This document shows positions 1-8,586 of a stretch of DNA of 32,000 nucleotides, piece after piece. The translations under genes and the position numbers were made by a program. Origin of the DNA: Psychrobacter cryohalolentis K5. Lineage in GTDB: Bacteria > Pseudomonadota > Gammaproteobacteria > Pseudomonadales > Moraxellaceae. The stretch lies in assembly GCF_000013905.1 (NCBI RefSeq), contig NC_007969.1, positions 2,580,001-2,612,000 on the forward strand, given 5' to 3'. The notes under the pieces are model-generated. The model was not told the DNA's origin and did no database searches. It worked only from the letters and a program-made list of their open reading frames with translations. Within the stretch, counting starts at the first letter, position 1. Each line of letters starts with the position of its first letter.

Positions 1-693
1 CCGCATTGGTTTACTGCTGTCGAGCCGACGTCACTAACCGTCCAGCAAGGTGAGATTTTTGGCTTGATGGGCTATTCAGGTGCGGGTAAATCAACGCTTT
101 TACGCCTGATTAATTTGCTTGAACGTCCTGATTCAGGTCAAGTAATTATCGATGGTACAGACCTGACTTCTTTGTCTGCCAGTGACTTGCGTATCGCCCG
201 TCACAATATCGGTATGATTTTTCAGCAATTTAATCTGATGTCTAATCGCACCGTCTTTGACAATGTTGCTTTTAACTTAACGGTTGCAGGCTACCCTCGC
301 GCTGATATTCATAAGCGTGTCATGGATTGTTTAGACATCGTTGATTTAACCGACCGCGCTAGCCACTATCCTGCGCAGTTGTCAGGCGGACAAAAACAGC
401 GTGTTGGTATCGCCCGTGCGATTGCGCCAAGCCCAAAAGTACTCCTTGCTGATGAGCCAACCAGTGCGCTCGATCCTGCCACTACGCGCAGTTTGTTGAC
501 TTGCTTACGCGATATCAATGAGCAGCTTGGCGTCACTATCGTCATTGTGACTCATGAGATGAGCGTCATTCGCAGACTATGTGACCGTGCAGCCTTGTTA
601 CATCAAGGACAATTGCTCGAAGTAGCAGACATCCGCGATGGTCTCATTCAGGCCACCACCCCAATTGGCAAAGGCTTAGTCCACGAAGACTAA
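1..693 (+). CDS. metN: Methionine ABC transporter ATP-binding protein MetN, 5'-truncated by the window edge
   Basis: Frame 1 is open from base 1 (PHWFTAVEPTSLTVQQGEIFGLMGYSGAGKST). It has Walker A GYSGAGKST, the ABC signature LSGGQKQR and Walker B LLADEPTSALD. It sits directly upstream of metI. The protein stops ~30 aa after the ABC core, so no C-terminal NIL/C2 domain is encoded. Confidence 0.9.
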   Translation, partial: PHWFTAVEPTSLTVQQGEIFGLMGYSGAGKSTLLRLINLLERPDSGQVIIDGTDLTSLSASDLRIARHNIGMIFQQFNLMSNRTVFDNVAFNLTVAGYPRADIHKRVMDCLDIVDLTDRASHYPAQLSGGQKQRVGIARAIAPSPKVLLADEPTSALDPATTRSLLTCLRDINEQLGVTIVIVTHEMSVIRRLCDRAALLHQGQLLEVADIRDGLIQATTPIGKGLVHED

Positions 694-712
694 TGAGGCA
701 GGAGAAATAAAC

Positions 713-1399
713 ATGATAACTGGTGCAGAATTATCCGCCTCGATAGACAAGCTACTCGCCCTGCGTAAAGAGATTTGGCAGGCATTTTTAGATACTTTCA
801 TTATGCTTGGTATCTCAACGACAGTTGCCATTCTTATCGGTGGTCTGTTTGGCGTCTTCTTATTTTTATCCAGTGATCGGCAGTTTTTACAAAATAAAAC
901 GCTCTATGCTGTACTTGGTGGCATTACAAACTTTATGCGTGCTTTTCCATTCGTCATTTTGATGATTGCCATGAGTCCCTTTACCAAAGCTATCGTCGGT
1001 ACTGGTATTGGTCCTATCGCAGCATCATTGGTGCTTGCAATTGCTGGCTCATTTTACTTTGCGCGCTTGGTTGAGCAAAACTTACGTGAAGTGCCGCGCG
1101 GTATTATTGAAGCAACTGAATCGATGGGCGCCCGTCCCTTTACCATCATCAAAGTACTGCTTAATGAAGCACGCTCTGGCTTGGTCTTGTCCGTGACCAT
1201 CCTTTGTATCAGCTTGCTCTCTTTTTCAGCAGCGGCTGGTATGATTGGCGGCGGCGGTTTAGGTGATTTGGCAATTCGATATGGTTACTATCGTTATCAG
1301 ACTGAGGTAATGGTATTCATCGTCATTATGCTGTCAATCATGGTCATCGGCATCCAAGCCTTAGGAAATTGGGTCGCGACTCGATTAGATAAACGTTAA
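713..1399 (+). CDS. metI: Methionine ABC transporter permease MetI
   Basis: 228-aa polytopic membrane protein with an EAA-like loop (IEATESMGARPFTII). AGGAG Shine-Dalgarno lies 8 nt upstream. It starts 20 nt after the metN stop. Confidence 0.88.
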   Translation: MITGAELSASIDKLLALRKEIWQAFLDTFIMLGISTTVAILIGGLFGVFLFLSSDRQFLQNKTLYAVLGGITNFMRAFPFVILMIAMSPFTKAIVGTGIGPIAASLVLAIAGSFYFARLVEQNLREVPRGIIEATESMGARPFTIIKVLLNEARSGLVLSVTILCISLLSFSAAAGMIGGGGLGDLAIRYGYYRYQTEVMVFIVIMLSIMVIGIQALGNWVATRLDKR

Positions 1400-1559
1400 A
1401 AAACTGTGATCACTTGGCTCATTGAAGTTAGATATTGATGACTGAGTGATGCTTGATATGAATAGTTTACAGGGTCTAATGCTGATTCATCCTAAGCAAA
1501 TGCTTGACTTTGTAACTGATTCCCTTTAATTTTGATACTATCTTAACACTCGTTAACTT

Positions 1560-1591
1560 AGCAGCATTACTATTCATAATGTTGCTTTTTT
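1560..1591 (+). terminator. Terminator-like hairpin between metI and metQ
   Basis: AGCAGCATT (1560-1568) pairs with AATGTTGCT (1578-1586), 9 bp with one G-U, followed by a T-run. It lies ~160 nt after the metI stop and ~75 nt before the metQ start. Confidence 0.4.
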
Positions 1592-1664
1592 AATGCGGTT
1601 TTTTAATTCTATTTTTAATCTCAGTATTTTATCCTTTGACTCCTACCCTTATTAAGGAATTTCC

Positions 1665-2615
1665 ATGAAATTAACAGATATCAGCCGTCAAGTAGCGACT
1701 GCATTTGCTGCTGTTGGCGTATCAGGTCTAGTGTTGGTCGGTTGCAATAATTCATCAGCACCAGAAGCCACCAAAGAGCCAGTTACTGAAGGCGCAACCG
1801 AAACTACCAATACAGAAACCACTGCGACCAGTGATATTGATCCTGAACATAGTAAAATCGTCATCGGTACGACCGAAGGTGACTTTGCAGATATGGTTCG
1901 TAACCAAGTAAAAGGTTCATTAGAAGCACAAGGCTATGAAGTTGAACTGGTAACCTTTACTGATTATGTCCGTCCAAACGTTGCGTTAGCAGATGGCGAT
2001 TTAGACATCAACATCTTTCAACATAAGCCTTATCTAGATACCTTCAAAAAAGAAAATAACCTTGATTTGGTAGAAGTCTTCCAAGTTCCTACTGCCCCAT
2101 TAGGTATTTACGCTGGTAAAAAAACCAAAATCGAAGACGTTTATAAAGGTATGAGCGTTTCTGCGCCTAATGACCCAAGTAACTTTGCTCGCGCATTAGT
2201 CATGATGAATGAGCTTGGCTGGATTACGCTAAAAGACAATATCGATCCATTGACTGCCTCAAAAACTGATATCGCTGATAATAGCAAATACGACATAAAA
2301 ATCGTTGAGCTAGAAGCGGCGCAGTTGCCTCGTGCGCGTGACGAAGTAGACTTTGCCATTATTAACGGTAACTACGCGACCGATTCAGGTATCAAGCTGA
2401 CTGAAGCGCTATTCCAAGAGCCAAGCTTTGCTTATGTAAACTGGTCTGCTATCAAAACTGCGGATAAAGACAAGAAATGGGTAAAAGACGTCACTAACGC
2501 TTATAACTCAGATGCCTTTAAAAAATATGCTCACGACAGCTTCCCTGGCTATAAATATCCAAAGATTTGGGGTGCTGACACTACAAGTACCGCACCTGTA
2601 GAAGCTGCTAAATAG
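1665..2615 (+). CDS. metQ: Methionine-binding lipoprotein MetQ (NlpA family)
   Basis: Signal peptide with lipobox LVGC. A T/E-rich linker precedes an NlpA/MetQ-like body (KIVIGTTEGDFADMV..., NIFQHKPYLD, INGNYA). AAGGA Shine-Dalgarno. Confidence 0.88.
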   Translation: MKLTDISRQVATAFAAVGVSGLVLVGCNNSSAPEATKEPVTEGATETTNTETTATSDIDPEHSKIVIGTTEGDFADMVRNQVKGSLEAQGYEVELVTFTDYVRPNVALADGDLDINIFQHKPYLDTFKKENNLDLVEVFQVPTAPLGIYAGKKTKIEDVYKGMSVSAPNDPSNFARALVMMNELGWITLKDNIDPLTASKTDIADNSKYDIKIVELEAAQLPRARDEVDFAIINGNYATDSGIKLTEALFQEPSFAYVNWSAIKTADKDKKWVKDVTNAYNSDAFKKYAHDSFPGYKYPKIWGADTTSTAPVEAAK

Positions 2616-2684
2616 TGAAAACAGTCATGAATAGTTAATAGATTTAATACGACTCATCTATTCAAATGATTCCGTTTTAAGTAA

Positions 2685-2725
2685 TAAAAAAAAGCCCATT
2701 ATTGATAAATAATGGGCTTTTTTTG
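2685..2725 (+). terminator. Rho-independent terminator after metQ
   Basis: AGCCCATTAT (2692-2701) pairs perfectly with ATAATGGGCT (2709-2718), with a 7-nt loop, a T-run at 2719-2725 and an A-run upstream. Confidence 0.85.
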
Positions 2726-2845
2726 ATCTGTATTTTAGTAATGATAAGCAAAAAATAATTTAAATGACGTTACAGCCTGTTTGTCGTTTGTAGGAAAGCG
2801 TCACCTACTCTTTCACTTACCGCCATTTCTTTCTATAGTAGCTAA

Positions 2846-2876
2846 GCTTAATAGAGATTAAGGCTTAATAGAGATT
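2846..2876 (+). repeat. Two exact copies of the 14-bp direct repeat GCTTAATAGAGATT, 17-bp period
   Basis: Copies at 2846-2859 and 2863-2876 are identical and separated by AAG. They lie ~85-115 bp upstream of the aldo/keto reductase start. Confidence 0.8.
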
Positions 2877-2959
2877 GAGAACATTATATTTCTGATCGAA
2901 TATTTTATTAATAACTATAAAAGCTATTAGTAGATCACAAAAAAGACAAGGATAATAAT

Positions 2960-3808
2960 ATGCGTGCTAAAACTTATAACATTCGCACCGCTGGACAAGC
3001 GAACATTCCGGTACTCGGACTGGGTACGTGGCAATCAACGGGACAAGACTGTATTGATGTCGTCAGCCAAGGTCTAAGAATGGGCTATGAACACATTGAT
3101 ACGGCTCAAGCATATGGCAATGAAGTCGAGGTTGGTAAAGGTATTAAGCAATCAGGTGTCGCTCGCGATAAGTTCTTTTTAACGACCAAAATATTCCCTG
3201 ATGACATGAAGTTTGAGCCAGAGAAACTCGTTGCCGCTGCTAAGCGCTCATTGGAAAATCTAGATACCGATTACGTTGATTTACTGCTGCTACATTGGCC
3301 TGATGATCGCGTGCCCTTATCTGAAACCATCCCCGCGCTTTGTGAGCTCCAAAAACAAGGTTTGACTCGCAATATTGGTGTGTCTAACTTTAATATTGCC
3401 AATATCATTGAAGCCAAACGATATGCTGACGTGCCGATTGTAGTGAACCAAGTCGAGTTTCATCCTTTTATTAAGCAAAAAACGTTGCAGACCTTTTTAA
3501 ATAATCACCATATTTTATTGGAAGCGTATTCGCCGCTTGCCCGCGGAGATGTTTTTGATAATAAAATCATTAAAGACATCGCTGATAAACACGGTATCAC
3601 CGCCGCACAAGTGTCGCTGGCGTGGATTCTATCCGATAAGCACCGTATTGCGATTCCAAAAACGTCTAATCCTGAGCACTTACAAGGCAACTTAGATGCC
3701 ATCAAAGTAGAGTTGAGTGCGGATGAACTTGAGAAAATCGGCAGCTTAGCGCGTAGTGACGGGCGTAAAATTAAGCATCCAGATTATTCGCCAGAATGGG
3801 ATGATTAA
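2960..3808 (+). CDS. Aldo/keto reductase (DkgA/2,5-diketo-D-gluconate reductase-like)
   Basis: 282 aa with AKR hallmarks: LGLGTW, HIDTAQAYGNE, LLLHWP, GVSNF, AYSPLARG, IPKTSNPEHL. AAGGA Shine-Dalgarno. Confidence 0.88.
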   Translation: MRAKTYNIRTAGQANIPVLGLGTWQSTGQDCIDVVSQGLRMGYEHIDTAQAYGNEVEVGKGIKQSGVARDKFFLTTKIFPDDMKFEPEKLVAAAKRSLENLDTDYVDLLLLHWPDDRVPLSETIPALCELQKQGLTRNIGVSNFNIANIIEAKRYADVPIVVNQVEFHPFIKQKTLQTFLNNHHILLEAYSPLARGDVFDNKIIKDIADKHGITAAQVSLAWILSDKHRIAIPKTSNPEHLQGNLDAIKVELSADELEKIGSLARSDGRKIKHPDYSPEWDD

Positions 3809-3844
3809 TAAATAACTCATACTTATTTAAGTATGAGGTTTGCC

Positions 3845-3881
3845 AAAAAAAATCCAGTGATAAAGGTCACTGGATTTTTTT
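3845..3881. terminator. Bidirectional Rho-independent terminator between the AKR gene (+) and ccmE (-)
   Basis: ATCCAGTGA (3852-3860) pairs perfectly with TCACTGGAT (3867-3875), flanked by an A-run on the left and a T-run on the right. Confidence 0.88.
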
Positions 3882-3929
3882 ATGTTTAATGCTTTTTACG
3901 ATAATTATCGTTTATTGTTGCCAGCGCAA

Positions 3930-4430
3930 TTACTGCTGTAAAGTCTTGGTCTCATGAACTTTTTCAGCAGGATTGTATTGCTCAGAAGAAGGAACTGCAC
4001 CAATGCGATTATTTTCTTTCATCGATTTAGCAACTTCTGGCGGCATATAGTTCTCATCATGTTTTGCCAGCACTTCACCTGCGACAAAGGTATCACCTTG
4101 CATTTTACCCGTCGCGACAACACCTGAGTTCTCAGCGAACAAATCTGGCAAAATACCTTGATAAGTCACGGGGACGGTCGATTGAAAGTCTGTGATGGCA
4201 AATTCAACGCTCAATGGGTCGTTTGGCGCACGCTGTACACTACCAGCAACCACCATACCACCAGCACGAATACGTTTGTCTTGTGGCGCTTCACCTTGCG
4301 CAATGGCAGTCGCGTCAAAGTAGTAGTCGGTCTGTTGCCCAATGGCATAAATCACCAATACCACGGCTATGGCTGCCCCTGCAAGCGTAAACATAACCCA
4401 CATCAGTTTTTTACGACGAACTGCGTTCAT
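3930..4430 (-). CDS. ccmE: Cytochrome c-type biogenesis heme chaperone CcmE
   Basis: N-terminal membrane anchor, an OB-fold-like body and the heme-binding motif region [15 protein letters not shown] Shine-Dalgarno. Confidence 0.92.
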
Positions 4431-4453
4431 ACTACTACCTCATTGATGAGTCG

Positions 4454-4484
4454 CTGTTTTAGACATTATCCATCTATAAAACAG
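4454..4484 (-). promoter_or_regulatory. Small hairpin in the ccmE 5' leader
   Basis: CTGTTTTA (4454-4461) and TAAAACAG (4477-4484) form an 8-bp perfect inverted repeat with a 15-nt loop, 24-54 nt upstream of the ccmE start. Confidence 0.2.
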
Positions 4485-4681
4485 AAAATATTAAAGAAAC
4501 TACCATTAGAAAAACGTCCTAAAAATGTCTTTCTAATCGTACTCTTCTAATAACTATATGGTAGCATTTTATGTATAACTCAATAAGGTTACCCGCCTTT
4601 ATAGAAATCCTTTATCTGCTCATTTATGTATCAGCGAAATGTATCAAATCTAGATATTAAGGGTATGAGATAAAATGATTT

Positions 4682-4906
4682 CTAGTGAGTATTTTTAGTC
4701 ACCGGTGTTGGCGTTTTGGTCGTGCGCTGTGCCTGACGGGCTTGTTGAATCGCCAGCTGCTTGATAAGGGCTTGTCTTTGACGACGGCTATAAAATACAA
4801 AAGCCAGCATCATGCCAACGGTAATCGCCCAGCATGACCAAACAAAAACGCCATGCTTACCCATTGCAATAAACTCAGAAAAACTATAAAAGTAAGGCTG
4901 CATCAT
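4682..4906 (-). CDS. ccmD: Heme exporter protein CcmD
   Basis: 74 aa with a single TM segment. The FSEFIAMGKHGVFVWSCW motif is typical of CcmD. It sits between ccmC and ccmE. Confidence 0.8.
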   Translation of the reverse strand: MMQPYFYSFSEFIAMGKHGVFVWSCWAITVGMMLAFVFYSRRQRQALIKQLAIQQARQAQRTTKTPTPVTKNTH

Positions 4907-4947
4907 ATGTCCCTAGCCGTTATTTAATTGGTCGACAGTCATTACAG

Positions 4948-5736
4948 TCATTTGGCTTGTCCACGGATGTATTCTTTCACCCACGCTTTACCTTGATCAC
5001 GATGCAAGATTAAAGTGTTGGTACGGTAAATCGCTAAGGTTGCGACCAATAGGTAACTACCGATAATCATCAGTAGTAATGGCAGCCACATATCTGCTGA
5101 CATCTTAGGTGCCGCAGTCAAGGTAAAGGTCGAGCCTTGGTGTAAAGTGTTCCACCACTCTACTGAATACTTGATAATCGGCAGATTCACTGCGCCAACG
5201 ATAGACAAAATAGCGGCAGCTTTACCGCGATTCGCCGTATGTTCAAAGGCGGCAAACAATGCCATCACACCGGCATATAAAAATGCCAAGATCAGCATCG
5301 ATGTCAGCCGCGCATCCCAAACCCAGTAGGTTCCCCACGTAGGTTTTGCCCAAATAGAACCCGTCAGCAAACTAATCACACACAATAAAAACCCCAGAGG
5401 AGCAAGTGCCTGCGCCACAAGGCTGGCGGTCTTGATTTTCCAGACTAAGTAAATCACTCCAAGTACAGCTAAGGAAAAATAAATTGAAATAGCAAGGCTT
5501 GCTGCCGGTACGTGGATAAAGATAATACGATAGCTATTGCCTTGTAAGTAATCAGGCGGCGCAAAAGCCAGCCCCCAGATACTGCCGATGAGCAGGCAAA
5601 GACTTGCTAGTATCGCCAGCCACTTGACCCAAGGCGAAAAGATGCGAAAGAATTCCTTGGTACCCACCGTGGTCAGGAAAACTTGCCAAATGCGTTGCCA
5701 CAGGCTAGGAGATGAGACATTATTTAGGTTGGGCAT
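4948..5736 (-). CDS. ccmC: Heme exporter protein CcmC
   Basis: Polytopic membrane protein with the WWD-type tryptophan-rich motif (WAKPTWGTYWVWDARLTS). Confidence 0.92.
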   Translation of the reverse strand: MPNLNNVSSPSLWQRIWQVFLTTVGTKEFFRIFSPWVKWLAILASLCLLIGSIWGLAFAPPDYLQGNSYRIIFIHVPAASLAISIYFSLAVLGVIYLVWKIKTASLVAQALAPLGFLLCVISLLTGSIWAKPTWGTYWVWDARLTSMLILAFLYAGVMALFAAFEHTANRGKAAAILSIVGAVNLPIIKYSVEWWNTLHQGSTFTLTAAPKMSADMWLPLLLMIIGSYLLVATLAIYRTNTLILHRDQGKAWVKEYIRGQAK

Positions 5737-5858
5737 GGAAATAAACCTATTACGCAGCTAGTGATTATCAAGTTAAACGCATGATTCATACAATTATCCG
5801 CTAACCTGCTGGCGTTAAACGCTGGATAGAATCTACACGTGAGTGTGTTTAATAGACT

Positions 5859-5867
5859 ATTATAGCA
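5859..5867 (-). promoter_or_regulatory. Candidate extended -10 promoter element (TGCTATAAT on the minus strand) upstream of ccmC
   Basis: The plus-strand ATTATAGCA at 5859-5867 reads TGnTATAAT on the minus strand. It lies within the 206-bp ccmB-ccmC gap, ~125 nt upstream of the ccmC start. No good -35 was seen. Confidence 0.3.
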
Positions 5868-5942
5868 AAGTTGCCTGTTTTCATCATGTTGTTAATATAA
5901 AAGGCTTTAATAAGAGAATGAACAATATGCCAGTGTAAACTT

Positions 5943-6668
5943 TTAATTCAACCACGACATTTTTAACGTCATAGCAATCGCCCATGGCATCACTAGCACC
6001 GAGATAATACTGCCTGCCAGCAACAACGCCAAAATAGGCAGACCGTTAAGACCCGTAGCAAATAAATCAACCGCACCGGTGGCAAAAATCAATACCGGCA
6101 ACTGCATCGGCAAAGCGATTAAAGGCACTAGCACAGCACCATTCTTCAATGATAACGTCAAACTACTAGCAACCGCTGACAGCATTAACAGCATCGGACT
6201 ACCTGTAACAATTGATGCCATCAATATCCATGCCTCAAACCAACTCAGCTGAAATAAAGGCACAGCAAGCAGACTTAATACCGCCACAATGCCGCTACTA
6301 AAAATCCAATGAATCACCAAACGGATAAGCACCCATAACGGCAGCGACGCTTTGGCGACAACCAATTGCGCCAATGTGCCATTATCAAGCGCGGGCTTAA
6401 ACAAACCATCAACGCCCATCACTAATGACAATAAAGCAGCAATCCACACCGCCGACACCCCAAGGCGCTGTAATAGTGCAGGCTCGCTTCCAACCGCTAG
6501 CGGAAACAAGGTAATGATTACTAAAAATAGCACCAAAGGATATAACCACTGTACCGCTCCCTGCTGCTTTACTTGCCACTCACGGCGCCACAGCTGCATA
6601 AAACTGATACTGCGCACATCAGCTGTATGAGCATTTATGATTGATAATGAACTGTCTGTTTCTATCAT
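5943..6668 (-). CDS. ccmB: Heme exporter permease CcmB
   Basis: 241-aa six-TM-like protein in the position and orientation expected between ccmA and ccmC. GGAAGAG Shine-Dalgarno-like sequence. Confidence 0.85.
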   Translation of the reverse strand: MIETDSSLSIINAHTADVRSISFMQLWRREWQVKQQGAVQWLYPLVLFLVIITLFPLAVGSEPALLQRLGVSAVWIAALLSLVMGVDGLFKPALDNGTLAQLVVAKASLPLWVLIRLVIHWIFSSGIVAVLSLLAVPLFQLSWFEAWILMASIVTGSPMLLMLSAVASSLTLSLKNGAVLVPLIALPMQLPVLIFATGAVDLFATGLNGLPILALLLAGSIISVLVMPWAIAMTLKMSWLN

Positions 6669-6714
6669 TTATACACTCTTCCACTGATGCTTATCGCACT
6701 GATATTGATAGTAT

Positions 6715-7344
6715 TCATACCATGTAATCGGACAAATCGAGCACTTGATTGGCAACGTCGACTGCCTGGTGACTGGTCATTAATATCGCCCCGCCTTCAT
6801 GAGCAAAATCGCGTAATCGGTCTTCCATGCGGGCTACCATATCAACATCGAGTGCGGTGAATGGCTCATCAAGCAACCATAATGGCGTCACTTCAGGCGT
6901 CAGTAAGTATAACCGCGCAAGGGTAATTCTTCGAGTTTGACCCGCGGATAAATGACTTGAGCTTATGGTTTCAAACCCTTGTAATCCTACCCAAGTGAGG
7001 GCGTCATCAATATCAGCAGCGCTTGGTGTGATACCATATAAATTCAGCAAAAAGGTGAGATTTTGAGCAACAGTGAGATTGGGATGAATGCCCAATTGAT
7101 GCGATACATACAAAGGCTGAATCGGTAAGCTAACTGCCCCTTGATAATAAGTCTCACCTGTTAGCACTGGCAATAATCCAGCCAGTTGCATAAGTAACGT
7201 GGTCTTGCCGGTACCATTGGCACCAATTAGATGGCAAATGCTGCCTGCAGACAACTTGAGTGACACCCCTTCACATAGAGGGATTTCACCACGCTGAACG
7301 GTCAGCTCATCAAGCGCAAGTAAGGCGGTATTCAGAGCCGTCAT
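6715..7344 (-). CDS. ccmA: Heme exporter ATP-binding protein CcmA
   Basis: Walker A GANGTGKTT, signature LSAGQTRR, Walker B LWLLDEP. I prefer the start at ATG 7344 (MTALNTALL...) because AGAGG lies 5 nt upstream. The track start at 7356 has no Shine-Dalgarno. Confidence 0.88.
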   Translation of the reverse strand: MTALNTALLALDELTVQRGEIPLCEGVSLKLSAGSICHLIGANGTGKTTLLMQLAGLLPVLTGETYYQGAVSLPIQPLYVSHQLGIHPNLTVAQNLTFLLNLYGITPSAADIDDALTWVGLQGFETISSSHLSAGQTRRITLARLYLLTPEVTPLWLLDEPFTALDVDMVARMEDRLRDFAHEGGAILMTSHQAVDVANQVLDLSDYMV

Positions 7345-7360
7345 ACAACCTCTCATTATT

Positions 7361-7379
7361 TATTGACCCGCAGTCAATA
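7361..7379. promoter_or_regulatory. Inverted repeat TATTGAC-N5-GTCAATA in the ccmA/unknown-gene divergent region
   Basis: 7-bp perfect arms at 7361-7367 and 7373-7379. Both arms contain TTGAC (-35-like) in opposite orientations. Confidence 0.25.
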
Positions 7380-7406
7380 TTCATCACAAACCAAGACGAT
7401 GTTCGT

Positions 7407-7424
7407 GGCATAATACTTTATGCC
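7407..7424. promoter_or_regulatory. Inverted repeat GGCATAA-TACT-TTATGCC upstream of the unknown gene
   Basis: 7-bp perfect arms with a 4-nt spacer. It overlaps a CATAAT -10-like hexamer at 7409-7414. Confidence 0.2.
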
Positions 7425-7459
7425 CCATAACCATACAGTATAACAAATTGTCGATTACT

Positions 7460-8512
7460 ATGACCTCAAAACCTATGCAGACTTCAAAAGATATTCAAAC
7501 CCCAAATACGCCTATGCTAACGATAAACAGCTTAATTGATGCACAAGTCACGTTTATGCAGCAATGGTTACGTAAGCAAGCTGAACCGCTGAGCATGGAA
7601 GCTTGGCAGTGGTTTGGTGCGCAGCCATTGGACAAATATATCAGTAGCGATGATTTACAGCGCCTACTTAATGATTGGCTACTAGACCATCCTTTAAGCG
7701 AGGTGATGCGTGCCGATATCCGTGATATCTTGCATAGCATTATTTATCATCCAGCCAATGACAATGTGCCGTTATCAGAGCTTATCGATGATACACAAGT
7801 TGAAACGCTAGCGAACTATGTCGGCAGCCATGAGCAGCAGCGTAATATCTTGATTCATACCTTGGTTGGCAACGATACATTTGCAGATTTGTTGACCCAA
7901 ACGCTATACCACGCCATCAACGACTTTATGGAAAATACGCTAGAAAAAGCGGGCGGTGTTGGCAAACTGATGAAGCTTGGGCGTAGCTCATTTGAAAAGG
8001 CAACCAACAGAAATCTTGATGAAAAATTGCAGACGTATCTGCATCGTAATATTAAAGATTTGGCGCATCGCGCAGAAGCCAATGCTCAAGAACATTTATC
8101 CAATGAAGAGGTGTCGCGATTATTGGTCACTGGTTGGGCGCGCATTAAAGAGCAGCCGATTAACCATCTCCAAACCTATTTACGTGATGAGCCTAATAAT
8201 AGCAGCATCGATCATATTGAAGCCAGTATTCAGCAGAGTTACAACCGCTTACGCATCTCCCCTTATTTACATAGCCTTGTAGCAGCGAGCGTTGATACTT
8301 GGTATCGCAACCATCAGTCCGATACCATAGCACAGGTGGCAGAAAGCTTACATATTAATGAGGCAGCAATGATGCAGCTGTCCACTACCCTAATGCCTAT
8401 CATCAATGATGCGTTTGAGAGCGAATGGTTGACCGCGCATCTGCGTGAAATGCTACAAGCGTTTTATAGCCAGCCCAATATCAAAGACAGTTTGAGTTTC
8501 AGCAACCAGTAA
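7460..8512 (+). CDS. Hypothetical protein, ~350 aa, predicted soluble and helical, no recognised domain
   Basis: Long uninterrupted ORF with normal-looking composition. No motif I recognise. The start is uncertain: TTG 7448, ATG 7460, ATG 7475 and ATG 7514 are all in frame and none has a good Shine-Dalgarno. Confidence 0.6.
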   Translation: MTSKPMQTSKDIQTPNTPMLTINSLIDAQVTFMQQWLRKQAEPLSMEAWQWFGAQPLDKYISSDDLQRLLNDWLLDHPLSEVMRADIRDILHSIIYHPANDNVPLSELIDDTQVETLANYVGSHEQQRNILIHTLVGNDTFADLLTQTLYHAINDFMENTLEKAGGVGKLMKLGRSSFEKATNRNLDEKLQTYLHRNIKDLAHRAEANAQEHLSNEEVSRLLVTGWARIKEQPINHLQTYLRDEPNNSSIDHIEASIQQSYNRLRISPYLHSLVAASVDTWYRNHQSDTIAQVAESLHINEAAMMQLSTTLMPIINDAFESEWLTAHLREMLQAFYSQPNIKDSLSFSNQ

Positions 8513-8586
8513 TTTATTTTTGCCTGCTTTTTTATGTGTATTTTTTCTTAATCTTTATATTTCATTTGTTGGTTAGCACACTATTT

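Noticed and set aside
1400-1664. Possible SAM or other riboswitch controlling metQ.
   Set aside because: I could not recognise any conserved riboswitch core. The distance between the candidate promoter (about 1505) and the hairpin (1560) is too short for known SAM aptamers. Only a generic terminator-like hairpin is supported.
8536-8586. The GTG 8536 start for the YbjN-like gene, and TTG 7448 / ATG 7356 / TTG 19483 / TTG 21304 as starts of their genes.
   Set aside because: Non-ATG or Shine-Dalgarno-less starts add short implausible extensions. In-frame ATGs slightly downstream fit better. For ccmA this is ATG 7344 with AGAGG, for the yfcA-like gene ATG 19468, and for the DUF2236-like gene ATG 21316. 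The start of the 7448/7460 gene remains uncertain.
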